This document shows positions 45,712 through 55,375 of a stretch of DNA of 64,000 nucleotides, piece after piece (positions within the stretch are counted from its first letter, which is position 1; the number at the start of each line of letters is the position of its first letter). Source of the stretch: an uncultured Candidatus Sumerlaeota bacterium. GTDB taxonomy: Bacteria; Sumerlaeota; Sumerlaeia; SLMS01. Location: NCBI GenBank assembly GCA_964346275.1, contig CAYFUR010000003.1, positions 47,011 through 111,010 on the forward strand, given 5' to 3'. A program made the translations under genes and the position numbers. The notes below the pieces were generated by a model that had not been told where the DNA came from, made no database searches, and saw only the letters and a program-made list of their open reading frames with translations.

Positions 45712-46207
45712 TAAATAGCAGCGGCATGGCGGCGGCCCAGCACAGAGCGAGAGCGATGATTGCAACAGGCGTGCTCACGCCGAATTCAATCGCGCCGAAT
45801 TCCCTCCCCGCGTAATAGGATGCCGGGCCGCCCACCGCGGCGAAAAGCGCCGCCAGCACATAGCGTCCGTTCAACCAGGAGAGACACCCCTCCACCGTCG
45901 TGGCTAAATTAAACCACATTCCCAGGAGCCAGACCGGCGTCAGCCAGACAGGCCATCCTGCGTCTGTGAATCGATGGACTCCCGCGATCCCGAGTGAAGT
46001 ATCCACAGCAAAGCCGAAAGCCCCAATCAACGCGAAAAAAAGAAAACGCTGCTTCCCCGCTCCGTTTAAAAAAGCATCCAGAGCGACCAGCCCGGCAACA
46101 ACCAGGGGACCAAGAAAGGGAAGGCCGTTGGCAGCGCCGAGTACACTGGTAAACCAGCCGACGTTGAAAGACACCAGGTTGATCAGGCTATGCATCCCGG
46201 ATGTCAT
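45653..46207 (-). CDS. DUF2878-like small membrane protein
   Basis: Start at 46207 (ATGA-type overlap with the DUF1365 stop). 5-6 TM helices. A family commonly co-operonic with DUF1365 in lipid-modification clusters. Confidence 0.45.
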   Translation of the reverse strand: MTSGMHSLINLVSFNVGWFTSVLGAANGLPFLGPLVVAGLVALDAFLNGAGKQRFLFFALIGAFGFAVDTSLGIAGVHRFTDAGWPVWLTPVWLLGMWFNLATTVEGCLSWLNGRYVLAALFAAVGGPASYYAGREFGAIEFGVSTPVAIIALALCWAAAMPLLFIIRNWSVEGCPFPAHEPTR

Positions 46208-46983
46208 GAACGAGGAGCCTCCCTTGTCTTGGGATGGGGATAGAAGCGGGCTCGTTTCCACCAAAGCTTAAGAGCCTGCCAGTGAATTTTCGCCACCACC
46301 TGGAGCGTCATGAAAGGATAGTAAACCAACACAGCCGCTAATGAGCGCGCTGTCATCGGCTTGCGCTCGAGGGTCATCGTCGCATCGAACACTTTCTTTC
46401 CATCCTTCAAATCTTCCATGTGCACCGCCAGCATCCGGCCGGGCTCGTTGAAGCGCCAGTCGTAATCCAATTCCATGGGCAGGAAGGGCGAGACATGAAA
46501 ATCCTTGGCAAATTGAAAGCGCATTTGTGGCCCGCGGGCTTTGCTTCGATCGCGGGGAAGCACATAACAATGCATTTCCCGCCAGGGCGTATTGCTCACC
46601 TCGGCAATGATCGTCTCGACCTCGGTGTCCTCCCGATTGAAACAATAATAAAAACTCACAGGGTTGAAACAATATCCAAAATACCGGAGATGCGTCAGAA
46701 GGCGAATCGGGCCATCGGGGCGGCTGCCCGTCCGTTCTTCCACGAGATCCCGAACCGACTCCTGTAACGGCTGTTTCGCATCGCCAATGTGGTCGCCACG
46801 GCGAAACCAGGCGAGATTCGGGCTGTCCGCCGACCAAAACCATCGCCGGCTGAAGGCCTGGGGCAGCTCTTCGAGATCCAGGTAGACCATGAAAAGCTTA
46901 TAGACAAAATGGTTTTCTATTGGAGAAAATCGCCGATGGCGCACTTTGCCGATGTAAAGACAACTGTCTTCCTGGGCCGTCAT
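46204..46983 (-). CDS. DUF1365 family protein
   Basis: 'LYIGKVRHRRFSPIENHFVYKLFMVYLDLEEL' matches the conserved DUF1365 N-terminal signature. Confidence 0.7.
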   Translation of the reverse strand: MTAQEDSCLYIGKVRHRRFSPIENHFVYKLFMVYLDLEELPQAFSRRWFWSADSPNLAWFRRGDHIGDAKQPLQESVRDLVEERTGSRPDGPIRLLTHLRYFGYCFNPVSFYYCFNREDTEVETIIAEVSNTPWREMHCYVLPRDRSKARGPQMRFQFAKDFHVSPFLPMELDYDWRFNEPGRMLAVHMEDLKDGKKVFDATMTLERKPMTARSLAAVLVYYPFMTLQVVAKIHWQALKLWWKRARFYPHPKTREAPRS

Positions 46984-46995
46984 GATCGCCCTCCC

Positions 46996-47412
46996 TTACA
47001 GCCGGGCTTTGATCTTTCGGATCACGCCACCCAGTACTGGAACACGTTCGTAAATCAATGCGCCGACATCAAAGTAATCGCGATGATATTCGATTTTCCC
47101 GGAAAACCGAAGATGGGAGATGCCGGGAACATGGGCGGTTTCGCCTTTGCGAAAGCTTCCGTGCTCCATGTGCATGACCCAGGGAAGGGAGGCTTCGTTT
47201 CCGTCGATCATTGGCTTGCCGAAATCAAACTGGCAAGAGACAACGCCTTCGTAAAGGCCGGCGAAATATTTCTTCAACTCATCAATACCGTGAACTTCGT
47301 GAATCGGGTCGAGGAAATGAATTTGCTGCGTATAAATCTCTTCCGCAAGGTCCAGATTTTCCGCATTTAACTGATTAAAGACCGCCTGGAATCTGTCGAT
47401 GATCTCACTCAC
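46996..47412 (-). CDS. NTF2-like/SnoaL-like small protein
   Basis: 138 aa with a mixed alpha+beta composition typical of the NTF2-like fold. Overlaps the desaturase stop by 4 nt. Confidence 0.45.
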   Translation of the reverse strand: MSEIIDRFQAVFNQLNAENLDLAEEIYTQQIHFLDPIHEVHGIDELKKYFAGLYEGVVSCQFDFGKPMIDGNEASLPWVMHMEHGSFRKGETAHVPGISHLRFSGKIEYHRDYFDVGALIYERVPVLGGVIRKIKARL

Positions 47413-48377
47413 CGGAGCTTCCCCTTCTCACCACTGCGGACATGGGCCGGCACGGGCCTCAGTTCCCAGATCAGCCCGGCCCACGACATCATTTTCAGGA
47501 TATAGTAAGTCACGTCGATCTCGTACCAGAAGAAACCCTGGCGCGCCGCCGAGGGATAATAATGGTGATTGTTGTGCCATCCTTCACCAAAGGTGATCAA
47601 CGCCAGCAGCAGGCTGTTCTTGCTTTCATCCTTGGTGGGATAGCGGGCCTTTCCAAATTTGTGACTCAACGAGTTGATCGTGAATGTCCCGTGAAAAAGC
47701 AAAACCGTGGAAATGAAGAACCCCCAGATCAGCATCTGCCAGCCGTTCGTTCCAAGCCCGGGGGCGGTCGCTTCGAGGAGGACACCGAGAAAGAACATCG
47801 CCGCTCCCAGAACGACTGGGGGGAAAATATCAAAGCGGTCGAGGAAACGCAGTTCGGGAAACCGCGCAAGGTCCTTCACTTCTTTCAGCCGCGTCGGAAA
47901 ATTCTCCCGAGCCGTGATCCAGAACATGTGGCTCCAAAGGAAACTGTCACGATGCGGCGAATGAACGTCTTCCTCGGTATCTGAATACCGATGGTGATGG
48001 CGGTGATGCGCTGCCCACCAGAGAGGTCCCCGCTGGACAGCCAGGCTGCCAATCAATGCGAAGATGAACTGCATGGGCCGGCTTGTCTTGTAGGCACGAT
48101 GGGAAAAGTAACGATGATAGAATCCGGTGATGGCGAACATACGGACGGCATACAGGGCCAGGCAGACAGCGACGGCGATGGGACTCCATCCAACCCAGAT
48201 CACGGCGAGACAGGCAATGTGGACGCCGAGGAATGGAAGGACGCGAAACCAGTCGACCTTCTTCTTTTCTTCCACCTCGCCCATCTGCTCGGCAGCGTGA
48301 TAGCTGTCGACCCATTGGCGCATGGTGTTGATCATCGAGACTTTGTTCGAAGTTTTCTTTTTCGGAAGTTCCTGCAT
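47409..48377 (-). CDS. Acyl-CoA (stearoyl-CoA-type) fatty acid desaturase
   Basis: Histidine boxes 'HRYFSH', 'HRHHHRYSD' and 'HNNHHYYP'; 4 TM helices. Confidence 0.85.
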   Translation of the reverse strand: MQELPKKKTSNKVSMINTMRQWVDSYHAAEQMGEVEEKKKVDWFRVLPFLGVHIACLAVIWVGWSPIAVAVCLALYAVRMFAITGFYHRYFSHRAYKTSRPMQFIFALIGSLAVQRGPLWWAAHHRHHHRYSDTEEDVHSPHRDSFLWSHMFWITARENFPTRLKEVKDLARFPELRFLDRFDIFPPVVLGAAMFFLGVLLEATAPGLGTNGWQMLIWGFFISTVLLFHGTFTINSLSHKFGKARYPTKDESKNSLLLALITFGEGWHNNHHYYPSAARQGFFWYEIDVTYYILKMMSWAGLIWELRPVPAHVRSGEKGKLR

Positions 48378-48612
48378 CTTTCTCCCTGTTATCGTCGCTG
48401 CTTAATGGACGAGCAAACCCAATTCGGTGAGATACAAAAGGATAAGCAGCACGTCCCGGGCCAAGACGACAGAAGAATTCTTTCGACACGCCGACAACGG
48501 CTTTTGCCGACTCCGTTCGTCGAGTTCCTTGACAAGCCTCCCGACCTCGAATCAAAGTCTCAAGCCCGGAGACACGGCCAGCCGGGAAAAACCAATAAGT
48601 CGAGTAGCGGGA

Positions 48613-49947
48613 ATGTCGAAGACCTATCGCGTGATCACCTACGGGTGTCAGATGAACGAGCACGACTCGGAAATCATGGAAGGTCTGCTGCAGCAACGCG
48701 GCTACGAGAAGGTGGAGAGCGAATTCGACGCCGACGTCGTCGTGTTCAACACATGTTGCGTCCGCGAAGGGGCCGAAAACCGCGCCATCGGACGCTGCCA
48801 GTCCTTGCGCTCGGCCAAGGACAGGAATCCCGATAAAGTGGTGATCATGTCTGGTTGCGTTGCCCAGGATCAGGGCCGGAAGCTTCTCGAACGCATTCCA
48901 GGCCTGGATCTCGTCGTTGGAACGCGCGATTATGTCCATCTGCCCGACCTGATCGAGCAATTCAAAGTCACCGGCGAGCGGGCCGTGGCCGTCGAAGACA
49001 TCGACAAGCCTCTTTCCGTCAATGTCCAGCCCGTCCGCCAGAACAAACTCCGCGCATTCGTCAATATCATGTATGGGTGCAACAACCGTTGCACTTTCTG
49101 TATCGTGCCCAGGACGCGGGGCGTTGAATGGAGCCGCCCGATCGCCGATCTTGTCGAAGAGGTGCGGCGCCTTGTCGCGGAAGGTACCCGCGAGGTGATC
49201 CTTCTCGGCCAGAACGTCAACAGCTACATGACCGATGAGCGCGAGGACTTCCACGATCTCCTCTGTGCCCTGAACGAAATCGACGGCCTTTGGCGAATCC
49301 GCTACACCACGTCGAATCCCAAAAGTGCCCGCGGCCGCCACATCAGCGCCGTGGCCCAATGCGAAAAAGTCATGGAGAATCTCCACCTCCCCGTGCAATC
49401 GGGCAATGACCGCGTTCTGCGCCAGATGAAGCGCGCCTATAATACCAAGCGGTACCGCTACCTGGTGGAGATGTTCCGGGATCAGAATCCCCTGCACTCC
49501 CTCACCACCGACATCATCGTCGGCTTTCCCACGGAAACGGATGAGGAGTTCGAGGAGACCCTGCAACTCGTCGAGGAGATGCGCTACGACAGCGCCTTCA
49601 TGTTCATGTATAGTCCACGCCCTGGCACGGTGGCGGCGGACACCATGGCCAACGATGTCCCCTTGCGGGTAAAGAAAGAGCGGCTCCAGCGGCTGATCGA
49701 GCGCCAGGAGGCCATTTCCTTCGAGAAAAACCGGGAAGAAATTGGCCGCACTCACGAGGTGCTGGTGGAAGGCCCTTCGCGCAAGAACCCCGATCACCTC
49801 CAGGGACGCACGCGCACCGACAAGATGGTCATCTTTCCGGGGAAATCGCGCCTGATCGGAACGCTCGCGGACGTGCGCATCACCGGCGGGAACTCCCACA
49901 GCCTGCTGGGCGAGATTCTCACCCGCGAGGCTCTCCCAACGGGATGA
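48613..49947 (+). CDS. miaB: tRNA-i6A37 methylthiotransferase (radical SAM)
   Basis: ATG at 48613. N-terminal MTTase domain 'YRVITYGCQMNEHDSE'. Radical SAM 'CNNRCTFCIVP'. A C-terminal TRAM domain. Confidence 0.9.
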   Translation: MSKTYRVITYGCQMNEHDSEIMEGLLQQRGYEKVESEFDADVVVFNTCCVREGAENRAIGRCQSLRSAKDRNPDKVVIMSGCVAQDQGRKLLERIPGLDLVVGTRDYVHLPDLIEQFKVTGERAVAVEDIDKPLSVNVQPVRQNKLRAFVNIMYGCNNRCTFCIVPRTRGVEWSRPIADLVEEVRRLVAEGTREVILLGQNVNSYMTDEREDFHDLLCALNEIDGLWRIRYTTSNPKSARGRHISAVAQCEKVMENLHLPVQSGNDRVLRQMKRAYNTKRYRYLVEMFRDQNPLHSLTTDIIVGFPTETDEEFEETLQLVEEMRYDSAFMFMYSPRPGTVAADTMANDVPLRVKKERLQRLIERQEAISFEKNREEIGRTHEVLVEGPSRKNPDHLQGRTRTDKMVIFPGKSRLIGTLADVRITGGNSHSLLGEILTREALPTG

Positions 49948-50208
49948 TCAGACGCTTTCGATAGCCTGGATGACGAGGGGGCGAAGCTCGGACCATTCAG
50001 CCGATGGATCCTTGGTCACCGTTACGAAATCGTTCAGCAGAAACACGGAGACGATTGCATCGACTTCATAGACCGCCTCGGCGATCGGATGATCGGAGGC
50101 GTTCTCCTTCTTGATCGTTTTCGATCCGGAATCGAGGGTCTTGCCCTCGATGGTAAACTTCATGGCGTTTTCATTCGGTGTGGGTTCTGCCAGAACAACC
50201 TTCGGCAT
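49948..50208 (-). CDS. Nfu/NifU N-terminal-domain protein (Fe-S scaffold-associated)
   Basis: AGGAG RBS upstream of the ATG at 50208. 'TPNENAMKF...AIVSVFLLNDFVTVTK...W' matches the Nfu_N domain pattern. No cysteines, so N-domain only. Confidence 0.7.
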   Translation of the reverse strand: MPKVVLAEPTPNENAMKFTIEGKTLDSGSKTIKKENASDHPIAEAVYEVDAIVSVFLLNDFVTVTKDPSAEWSELRPLVIQAIESV

Positions 50209-50260
50209 CGGAAACTCCTGAGCGGGAATCGAATTTCATTGAAGAAGGAGCAACCCCCGG

Positions 50261-50316
50261 GCCCGGCCACAAGGGGGCAAAGGCGCCAGCAGTCCCCTGA
50301 ATCGCGCGGGCCGGGC
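50261..50316. other. GC-rich nested stem-loop in divergent intergenic region
   Basis: Outer stem GCCCGGCC (50261-68) / GGCCGGGC (50309-16); inner stem AGGGG (50272-76) / CCCCT (50294-98). Confidence 0.3.
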
Positions 50317-50377
50317 TGACTTGGCCCATGGATTGCCCTCTATCTGGCCAGATTGAACGAAAAGGGGAGCAAAAGCC

Positions 50378-50563
50378 TTGAACGCACCAAATTCATCGCG
50401 AAATCACAAATGGCATGACGTGAATCCGCGGTTGTATGATCGCCTGAACGCCCTCTGCTCGGTTATCCTGGGGATTGTCCTGATCGCAACGGCGCTCCTG
50501 GCGGTGCAGCCGAGCATGAACCCCGATCTGCCGCAGTATAATCAGGTCGAAACCCCACAATAA
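50378..50563 (+). CDS. Hypothetical small membrane protein (61 aa)
   Basis: Single hydrophobic helix 'ALCSVILGIVLIATALLAV'. No RBS checked; could be spurious. Confidence 0.15.
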   Translation: MNAPNSSRNHKWHDVNPRLYDRLNALCSVILGIVLIATALLAVQPSMNPDLPQYNQVETPQ

Positions 50564-50651
50564 ATCGAGCCTTCGGGTGGGAATCGGCTTGGCCTCGCAG
50601 CCCGCCGTTCCTATCCTGGGAATCATTGACGGAAACTGGAGGCAAAGAACG

Positions 50652-51083
50652 TTGATTAACCGCTCGCGGAGAAACTCCAAAAAAGCATTCACCTTCCTCG
50701 AAATCATGTTCGTGGTGGTGATTATCGGAATTCTGCTGGCTCTCGTCGGCCCCCGCCTTGTCGGCCGCACGCAGAAAGCCCGTATTCAGGCCAGCAAAGC
50801 GCAGCTCAAAAGCCTGGAAACAGCCATCAAGACATTCGAAATGGACACCGGCACCTTCCCCGAACGGCTGGAAGATCTGATCGACAGGCCGTCTGAACTG
50901 GAAGAGTCCTGGGATGGCCCCTACGTCGATTCCGATGTTGTTCCCACAGATGCCTGGAATGAAGATTATGAATACGAGTATCCTGGCGACGAGAACGAGA
51001 ATGGATTCGACCTGTGGTCCAAGGGTCCGGACCGCGAGTCCAACACCGAGGACGATATTCCCAATTGGACAAAGGGCAGATAA
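50652..51083 (+). CDS. gspG: Type II secretion pseudopilin, GspG-like (prepilin-type N-terminal methylation domain)
   Basis: Probable TTG start. Leader followed by 'FTFLEIMFVVVIIGILLAL'. 'ARIQASKAQLKSLETAIKTFEMDTGTFP' matches the GspG core. Confidence 0.75.
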   Translation: MINRSRRNSKKAFTFLEIMFVVVIIGILLALVGPRLVGRTQKARIQASKAQLKSLETAIKTFEMDTGTFPERLEDLIDRPSELEESWDGPYVDSDVVPTDAWNEDYEYEYPGDENENGFDLWSKGPDRESNTEDDIPNWTKGR

Positions 51084-51245
51084 AGCGATCTGCCATGGAT
51101 TCTCCGGCGGCGCCGCGGTTTCTCCACCGGGCGCCGCCTTTCCTTTTGCAAATTCCGTTTTGGTCTTTGAGGCCCCTGTGCCATCGCCCCCATGAATGAC
51201 TTCCAGCCGGTCTATGTCGGAAACCCCAGGGAGAAGAAAGGTTCC

Positions 51246-52076
51246 ATGAGCGAAACAATCGCCTCCATGCGCATGCTTGACGAAGCAGCAGCGTCCGTCC
51301 GGGAAAAGCTGGGCGAAATTCCTTCGATCCTGGTCGTTGCGGGAAGCGGCCTGGGTGGATTCGCGGGAACGCTCGACGACGCACAAGAAGTTTCCTATAC
51401 GGAACTGAAGCATTTCCCGGCAAGCACCGTGGTTGGCCATGCGGGAAAACTGGTTAAGGGCAAGTGCGCCGGCAAGCCGATCATCGTGATGAGCGGACGC
51501 AAGCACCTCTACGAGGGCGTCGAAGCCCACGAGGCTGTGCGGGCCCTCAGAGCCTTGATCCACGGCGGCGTCAAGACGGTGATTCTTTCCAACGCGGCCG
51601 GCGGCATGAACATGCAGTTCCAGGTCGGCGACTTGATGTTGATCAGCGACCATATCAACAACATGAACCGCAATCCCCTGCTCGGTCCGAATCTGGACGA
51701 GTTGGGTCCGCGGTTCCCGGATATGAGCAACCCCTACGACCGGGATCTTCGCCAGGTTGCGCGCGAGGCGGCCCTCTCTCAGGGCATCACGCTGCGCGAG
51801 GGGGTTTATTTAGGCAATTTAGGACCAACCTATGAGACCCAGGCGGAAGTCAGGATGTGGCGGCAGTTTGCCGACGCCGTCGGAATGAGCACGGTGCCGG
51901 AAAACCTCGCGGCGGTCCATGCCGGGGCTCGAGTGCTGGGAATTTCACTCATCACGAACTCCCTGGTCCACTCGACGGACAAAGAAACGACCCACGAGGA
52001 AGTGATGGAAACGGGCCGGCAGGCCGGCGAGAAATTCAACCACCTGGTAACGGAGATTATCCGGCGCCTGGACTAA
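51246..52076 (+). CDS. Purine nucleoside phosphorylase (PNP-I/PunA family)
   Basis: ATG at 51246 with GGAGAAG upstream. 'VVAGSGLG', 'VGHAGKLVKG' and 'MSGRKHLYEG' are PNP signatures. Confidence 0.85.
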   Translation: MSETIASMRMLDEAAASVREKLGEIPSILVVAGSGLGGFAGTLDDAQEVSYTELKHFPASTVVGHAGKLVKGKCAGKPIIVMSGRKHLYEGVEAHEAVRALRALIHGGVKTVILSNAAGGMNMQFQVGDLMLISDHINNMNRNPLLGPNLDELGPRFPDMSNPYDRDLRQVAREAALSQGITLREGVYLGNLGPTYETQAEVRMWRQFADAVGMSTVPENLAAVHAGARVLGISLITNSLVHSTDKETTHEEVMETGRQAGEKFNHLVTEIIRRLD

Positions 52077-52100
52077 GGGCTCGGAACGAATCGATTCCGC

Positions 52101-53021
52101 ATGATAGAAGTCGATAATCTGACGAAATATTACGGTCCCACGCGCTCCATTGAAGACGTAACTTTTTCCGTGGAGAAGGGCGAGGTGCTTGGATTCCTGG
52201 GCCCGAACGGCGCCGGGAAATCGACAACCATGCGTCTGCTGGTTGGACTGAGCCGCCCCACGGCGGGAAGCGCCCGGATTGCCGGTCACGATATCCAGGA
52301 AGGGCACGATGCGATCCGCAAGATGATCGGCTATTTGCCCGAGCAGGCTCCGCTCTACGGGGATATGACGCTTGGCGCCTACCTGCGCTTCATGGCAGGG
52401 ATCAAAGGCGTTCCCATGGGCCAGACGCGCCGCGAGATGGAGCGCACGACGGAACTGGTGAACCTTGAGAAAGATCGCAAGCGCCTGCTGCGCAATCTTT
52501 CCAAAGGCACGCGCCAGCGGGCCGCCATCGCCCAGGCCCTTCTCGGCGACCCGCAGATCCTTATCCTCGACGAGCCCACCATCGGCCTGGATCCCTCGCA
52601 AATCAACGACATCCGCAATCTCGTGAGAAGCATGCGGGGCGAGCGCACCGTGCTCCTCTCGACACACATCCTGCCAGAGGTCGAGATGATTTGCTCGCGG
52701 GTGGTGATCATATCCGCCGGACGCATCGCCGTGCAGGGAACACCGGAAGAGCTGGCGCAGCGCGAGGATCCGCAATTTCATATTGTTGTGCGCGGAGAGC
52801 GGAAGAAGCTGGAAGAGATTCTCTCGAAATACGGCGAGGCAAGAATGGAAGAGCAAGACAACCGCCTGATCGCGACGATCCCGGCTCCCGGGGAACAGCA
52901 GCGCCCTGAGCTGGCGCGGCAGCTCGTTGAGGCAGGGATGGAGCTGCATGAGTTCCACCTGGCCCGGGTCCGCCTGGAGGACGTCTTTCTCCGATCCACC
53001 GCGAGGCCCGCGAAAGAATGA
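52101..53021 (+). CDS. ABC transporter ATP-binding protein (GldA-like, ABC-2 subfamily)
   Basis: Walker A 'GPNGAGKSTT', signature 'LSKGTRQR' and Walker B 'ILILDEPT'. Confidence 0.85.
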   Translation: MIEVDNLTKYYGPTRSIEDVTFSVEKGEVLGFLGPNGAGKSTTMRLLVGLSRPTAGSARIAGHDIQEGHDAIRKMIGYLPEQAPLYGDMTLGAYLRFMAGIKGVPMGQTRREMERTTELVNLEKDRKRLLRNLSKGTRQRAAIAQALLGDPQILILDEPTIGLDPSQINDIRNLVRSMRGERTVLLSTHILPEVEMICSRVVIISAGRIAVQGTPEELAQREDPQFHIVVRGERKKLEEILSKYGEARMEEQDNRLIATIPAPGEQQRPELARQLVEAGMELHEFHLARVRLEDVFLRSTARPAKE

Positions 53022-53779
53022 CCGGATTCCTGCGCCAGACCTCTCTTGTCTTCCGCCGCGAGCTGGGCAGCCTGCTTACGCTCCCGCTCTTCTATATTCT
53101 GACAGGGATTTTCTTCCTCCTCGGCGCGATGATCTATCTCGTCATGCTCATAGAGTTCGCCCGCGGCGCAGAAGGAATGAGCGTCAATGTCACCGATTCC
53201 GTCGTCCGGCCCACCTTCCACAGCATCCATTTCTTTTTACTCTTCCAGATCCCCCTGATCACCATGCGGGTTTTTGCCGAGGATCGCGCCCTGGGAATGC
53301 TCGACCTTTTTCAGACCATGCCGATCAAGGATTGGGCCCTGCTGCTGGGCAAATTCTTCGGCGCCCTGGCGGGTATCGGGGTCTATATTGTCCTGACGAT
53401 TTCCTTTCCGATCACGACAGCAATGCTGGGCGAAGTGGAATGGCCCGTGGTCATCGGCAGCATTATCGTGCTGTTTCTCAGTGCGGGCGCATATACAGCG
53501 GTGGGGCTTTTCTTCAGTGCCCTGACGGAATCGCAGGTTGTCGCGGCGGTTTTGAGCTACGTCACGATATTCCTCCTGGCCTTCGGGCAATACTTTGCCG
53601 AGGGATGGCAGATCCTGCCGCTCCAGCAGGCGCTCCGCCACTTCACCGTCAGCGAGCACGTCTCCTCGATCCTGGCTGGAAACATCGCCCCGATGAATAT
53701 CGTCTATTTCTTCGCGCTGGCGGCGATTTTCCTGTTCTGCACGGCGCGCAGTCTTGAATCCCGCAGGTGGAGAGCATAA
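53018..53779 (+). CDS. ABC-2 family permease (GldF-like)
   Basis: ATG overlaps the upstream TGA; 6 TM helices. Confidence 0.65.
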   Translation: MTGFLRQTSLVFRRELGSLLTLPLFYILTGIFFLLGAMIYLVMLIEFARGAEGMSVNVTDSVVRPTFHSIHFFLLFQIPLITMRVFAEDRALGMLDLFQTMPIKDWALLLGKFFGALAGIGVYIVLTISFPITTAMLGEVEWPVVIGSIIVLFLSAGAYTAVGLFFSALTESQVVAAVLSYVTIFLLAFGQYFAEGWQILPLQQALRHFTVSEHVSSILAGNIAPMNIVYFFALAAIFLFCTARSLESRRWRA

Positions 53780-53782
53780 TCC

Positions 53783-55375
53783 ATGGCGCAAGGCCGGAAA
53801 CAACGCACCGCCTCCTCAACGATCCTTCGCATGACTCCGATCATTCTGGGGCTGTTGGGAACCGTTGCCGCCTTCGCGCTGGCCGCTATCGCGGGACAGT
53901 TCCTCCAATGGCATTACGCCCTTGGCGGGCTTTCCATCGCCAGCATCCTGGGCGGCCTCCTCTGGCTTCAGGACGTGAAATGGAAGATCGCCATTTCCAC
54001 CCTTGTCTATACCATCTTCTTCATCGTTTGCGTTGGCCTGGTCTATTTGATTTCCGCCAACCGCCCGGGCCGGTTCGACATCACCCAGAACAAGATGCAC
54101 ACCCTGTCGCCCCAGACGCAGAACCTGCTCGCGAACCTGCCGTCCGATCAGTCGATCCTGATCCAGGCTTTCTACCCGCTCGCGGAGCACCTGACGATCC
54201 AGCGCTTTCTCAATAACTATGCGCGCTTCGCCCCCCAGATCGATTACGAGCTATACGACCCAGCCCGCGATATCGGCCAGATGACCGACACGGAGGTGCG
54301 CATCCAACCCGGCGACGTCATCCTGACATTGCGCAACCAGCAGGACGAGGTGGTCCGCCAGGAGGTTGCCCAACTCGGAGATCAGGATATGAAGCGAGAG
54401 CACCTCCTCAGCAATGCCATCGCCCGCCTGATCCACACGGAAGAAGGAGTTGTCTATTTCCTCCAGGGACACGGCGAAAAGAAACTCGACGATTCAGACG
54501 AAGGATTCAGCAAACTCGCCGAGCAAATCAGCGCCATGGCGTATCCCGTCGAGCCCCTCCGCCTTCTGCAGGAACAGGCCGTCCCCCAGGATGCCATGGC
54601 CATTGTGATTGCCGGTCCGGCCTTTGACGTCTTCGATCCCGAGCGCGAAATGCTCATGCAATATCTCGAAGAGGGCGGCAAACTCGTCCTGCTCCTCGAT
54701 CCCCATGTCGAAGGAGAGACCAAGTTCCCGAATATCGAAGAGCTGCTGGCCAATACGGGCGTTCGTGCTCCCAATCGGCTGATCGTCGATCCCATCAGTG
54801 TCAATGCCTCAAACTCCTCCTTCACACCAGTTGTCCGCGTGACGGATCACGCCATCGGGGAAGCCTCGAACCAGAAGCCATTTCTTTTGAACCAGGCCCG
54901 GCCGCTTGAGATCCGCGACGAGGCGCCGGGCGGAACACGCGTCACGGCGCTGTTGATGACACACGAGCGCGTCTGGACGGAAACCTTTGGTGATATACGC
55001 AGCGTCCGGCGCCCCCAGCCGCCGGAAGACTCCTCGGCCATCGGGCAGTTGCAAACCGCCTATGCTTCGGAAAGGCCATCGGAAGGCGGCCGGCACGGAG
55101 AGACCATGCGCGCCGTGGTGATTGGTGATTCCGATGCCTTCATGAACCAGCACATCGAAAGCAACGGCGGCGCGGCGAGCTTCTTTCTGAACTCAATCGC
55201 CTGGCTGCCCGAGCGGCGCGAAATGCTGTATATCAAGCCGCGTGTTTTTGAAAGCACGCCTGTCACGCTGAATAAATCGCAATACTGGACGCTCTTTGGC
55301 CTCTTCATGGCATTCGGCGCCGCCTTCACACTCGGCGGCACGGCCTGGGCTCTGGCGAGAAGGAGGATGAAGTGA
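53783..55375 (+). CDS. GldG-like ABC-transporter auxiliary component
   Basis: N-terminal and C-terminal TM anchors bracket a large periplasmic domain. Position after the GldA/F-like pair matches the 'ABC-type uncharacterized transport system' architecture. Confidence 0.55.
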   Translation: MAQGRKQRTASSTILRMTPIILGLLGTVAAFALAAIAGQFLQWHYALGGLSIASILGGLLWLQDVKWKIAISTLVYTIFFIVCVGLVYLISANRPGRFDITQNKMHTLSPQTQNLLANLPSDQSILIQAFYPLAEHLTIQRFLNNYARFAPQIDYELYDPARDIGQMTDTEVRIQPGDVILTLRNQQDEVVRQEVAQLGDQDMKREHLLSNAIARLIHTEEGVVYFLQGHGEKKLDDSDEGFSKLAEQISAMAYPVEPLRLLQEQAVPQDAMAIVIAGPAFDVFDPEREMLMQYLEEGGKLVLLLDPHVEGETKFPNIEELLANTGVRAPNRLIVDPISVNASNSSFTPVVRVTDHAIGEASNQKPFLLNQARPLEIRDEAPGGTRVTALLMTHERVWTETFGDIRSVRRPQPPEDSSAIGQLQTAYASERPSEGGRHGETMRAVVIGDSDAFMNQHIESNGGAASFFLNSIAWLPERREMLYIKPRVFESTPVTLNKSQYWTLFGLFMAFGAAFTLGGTAWALARRRMK

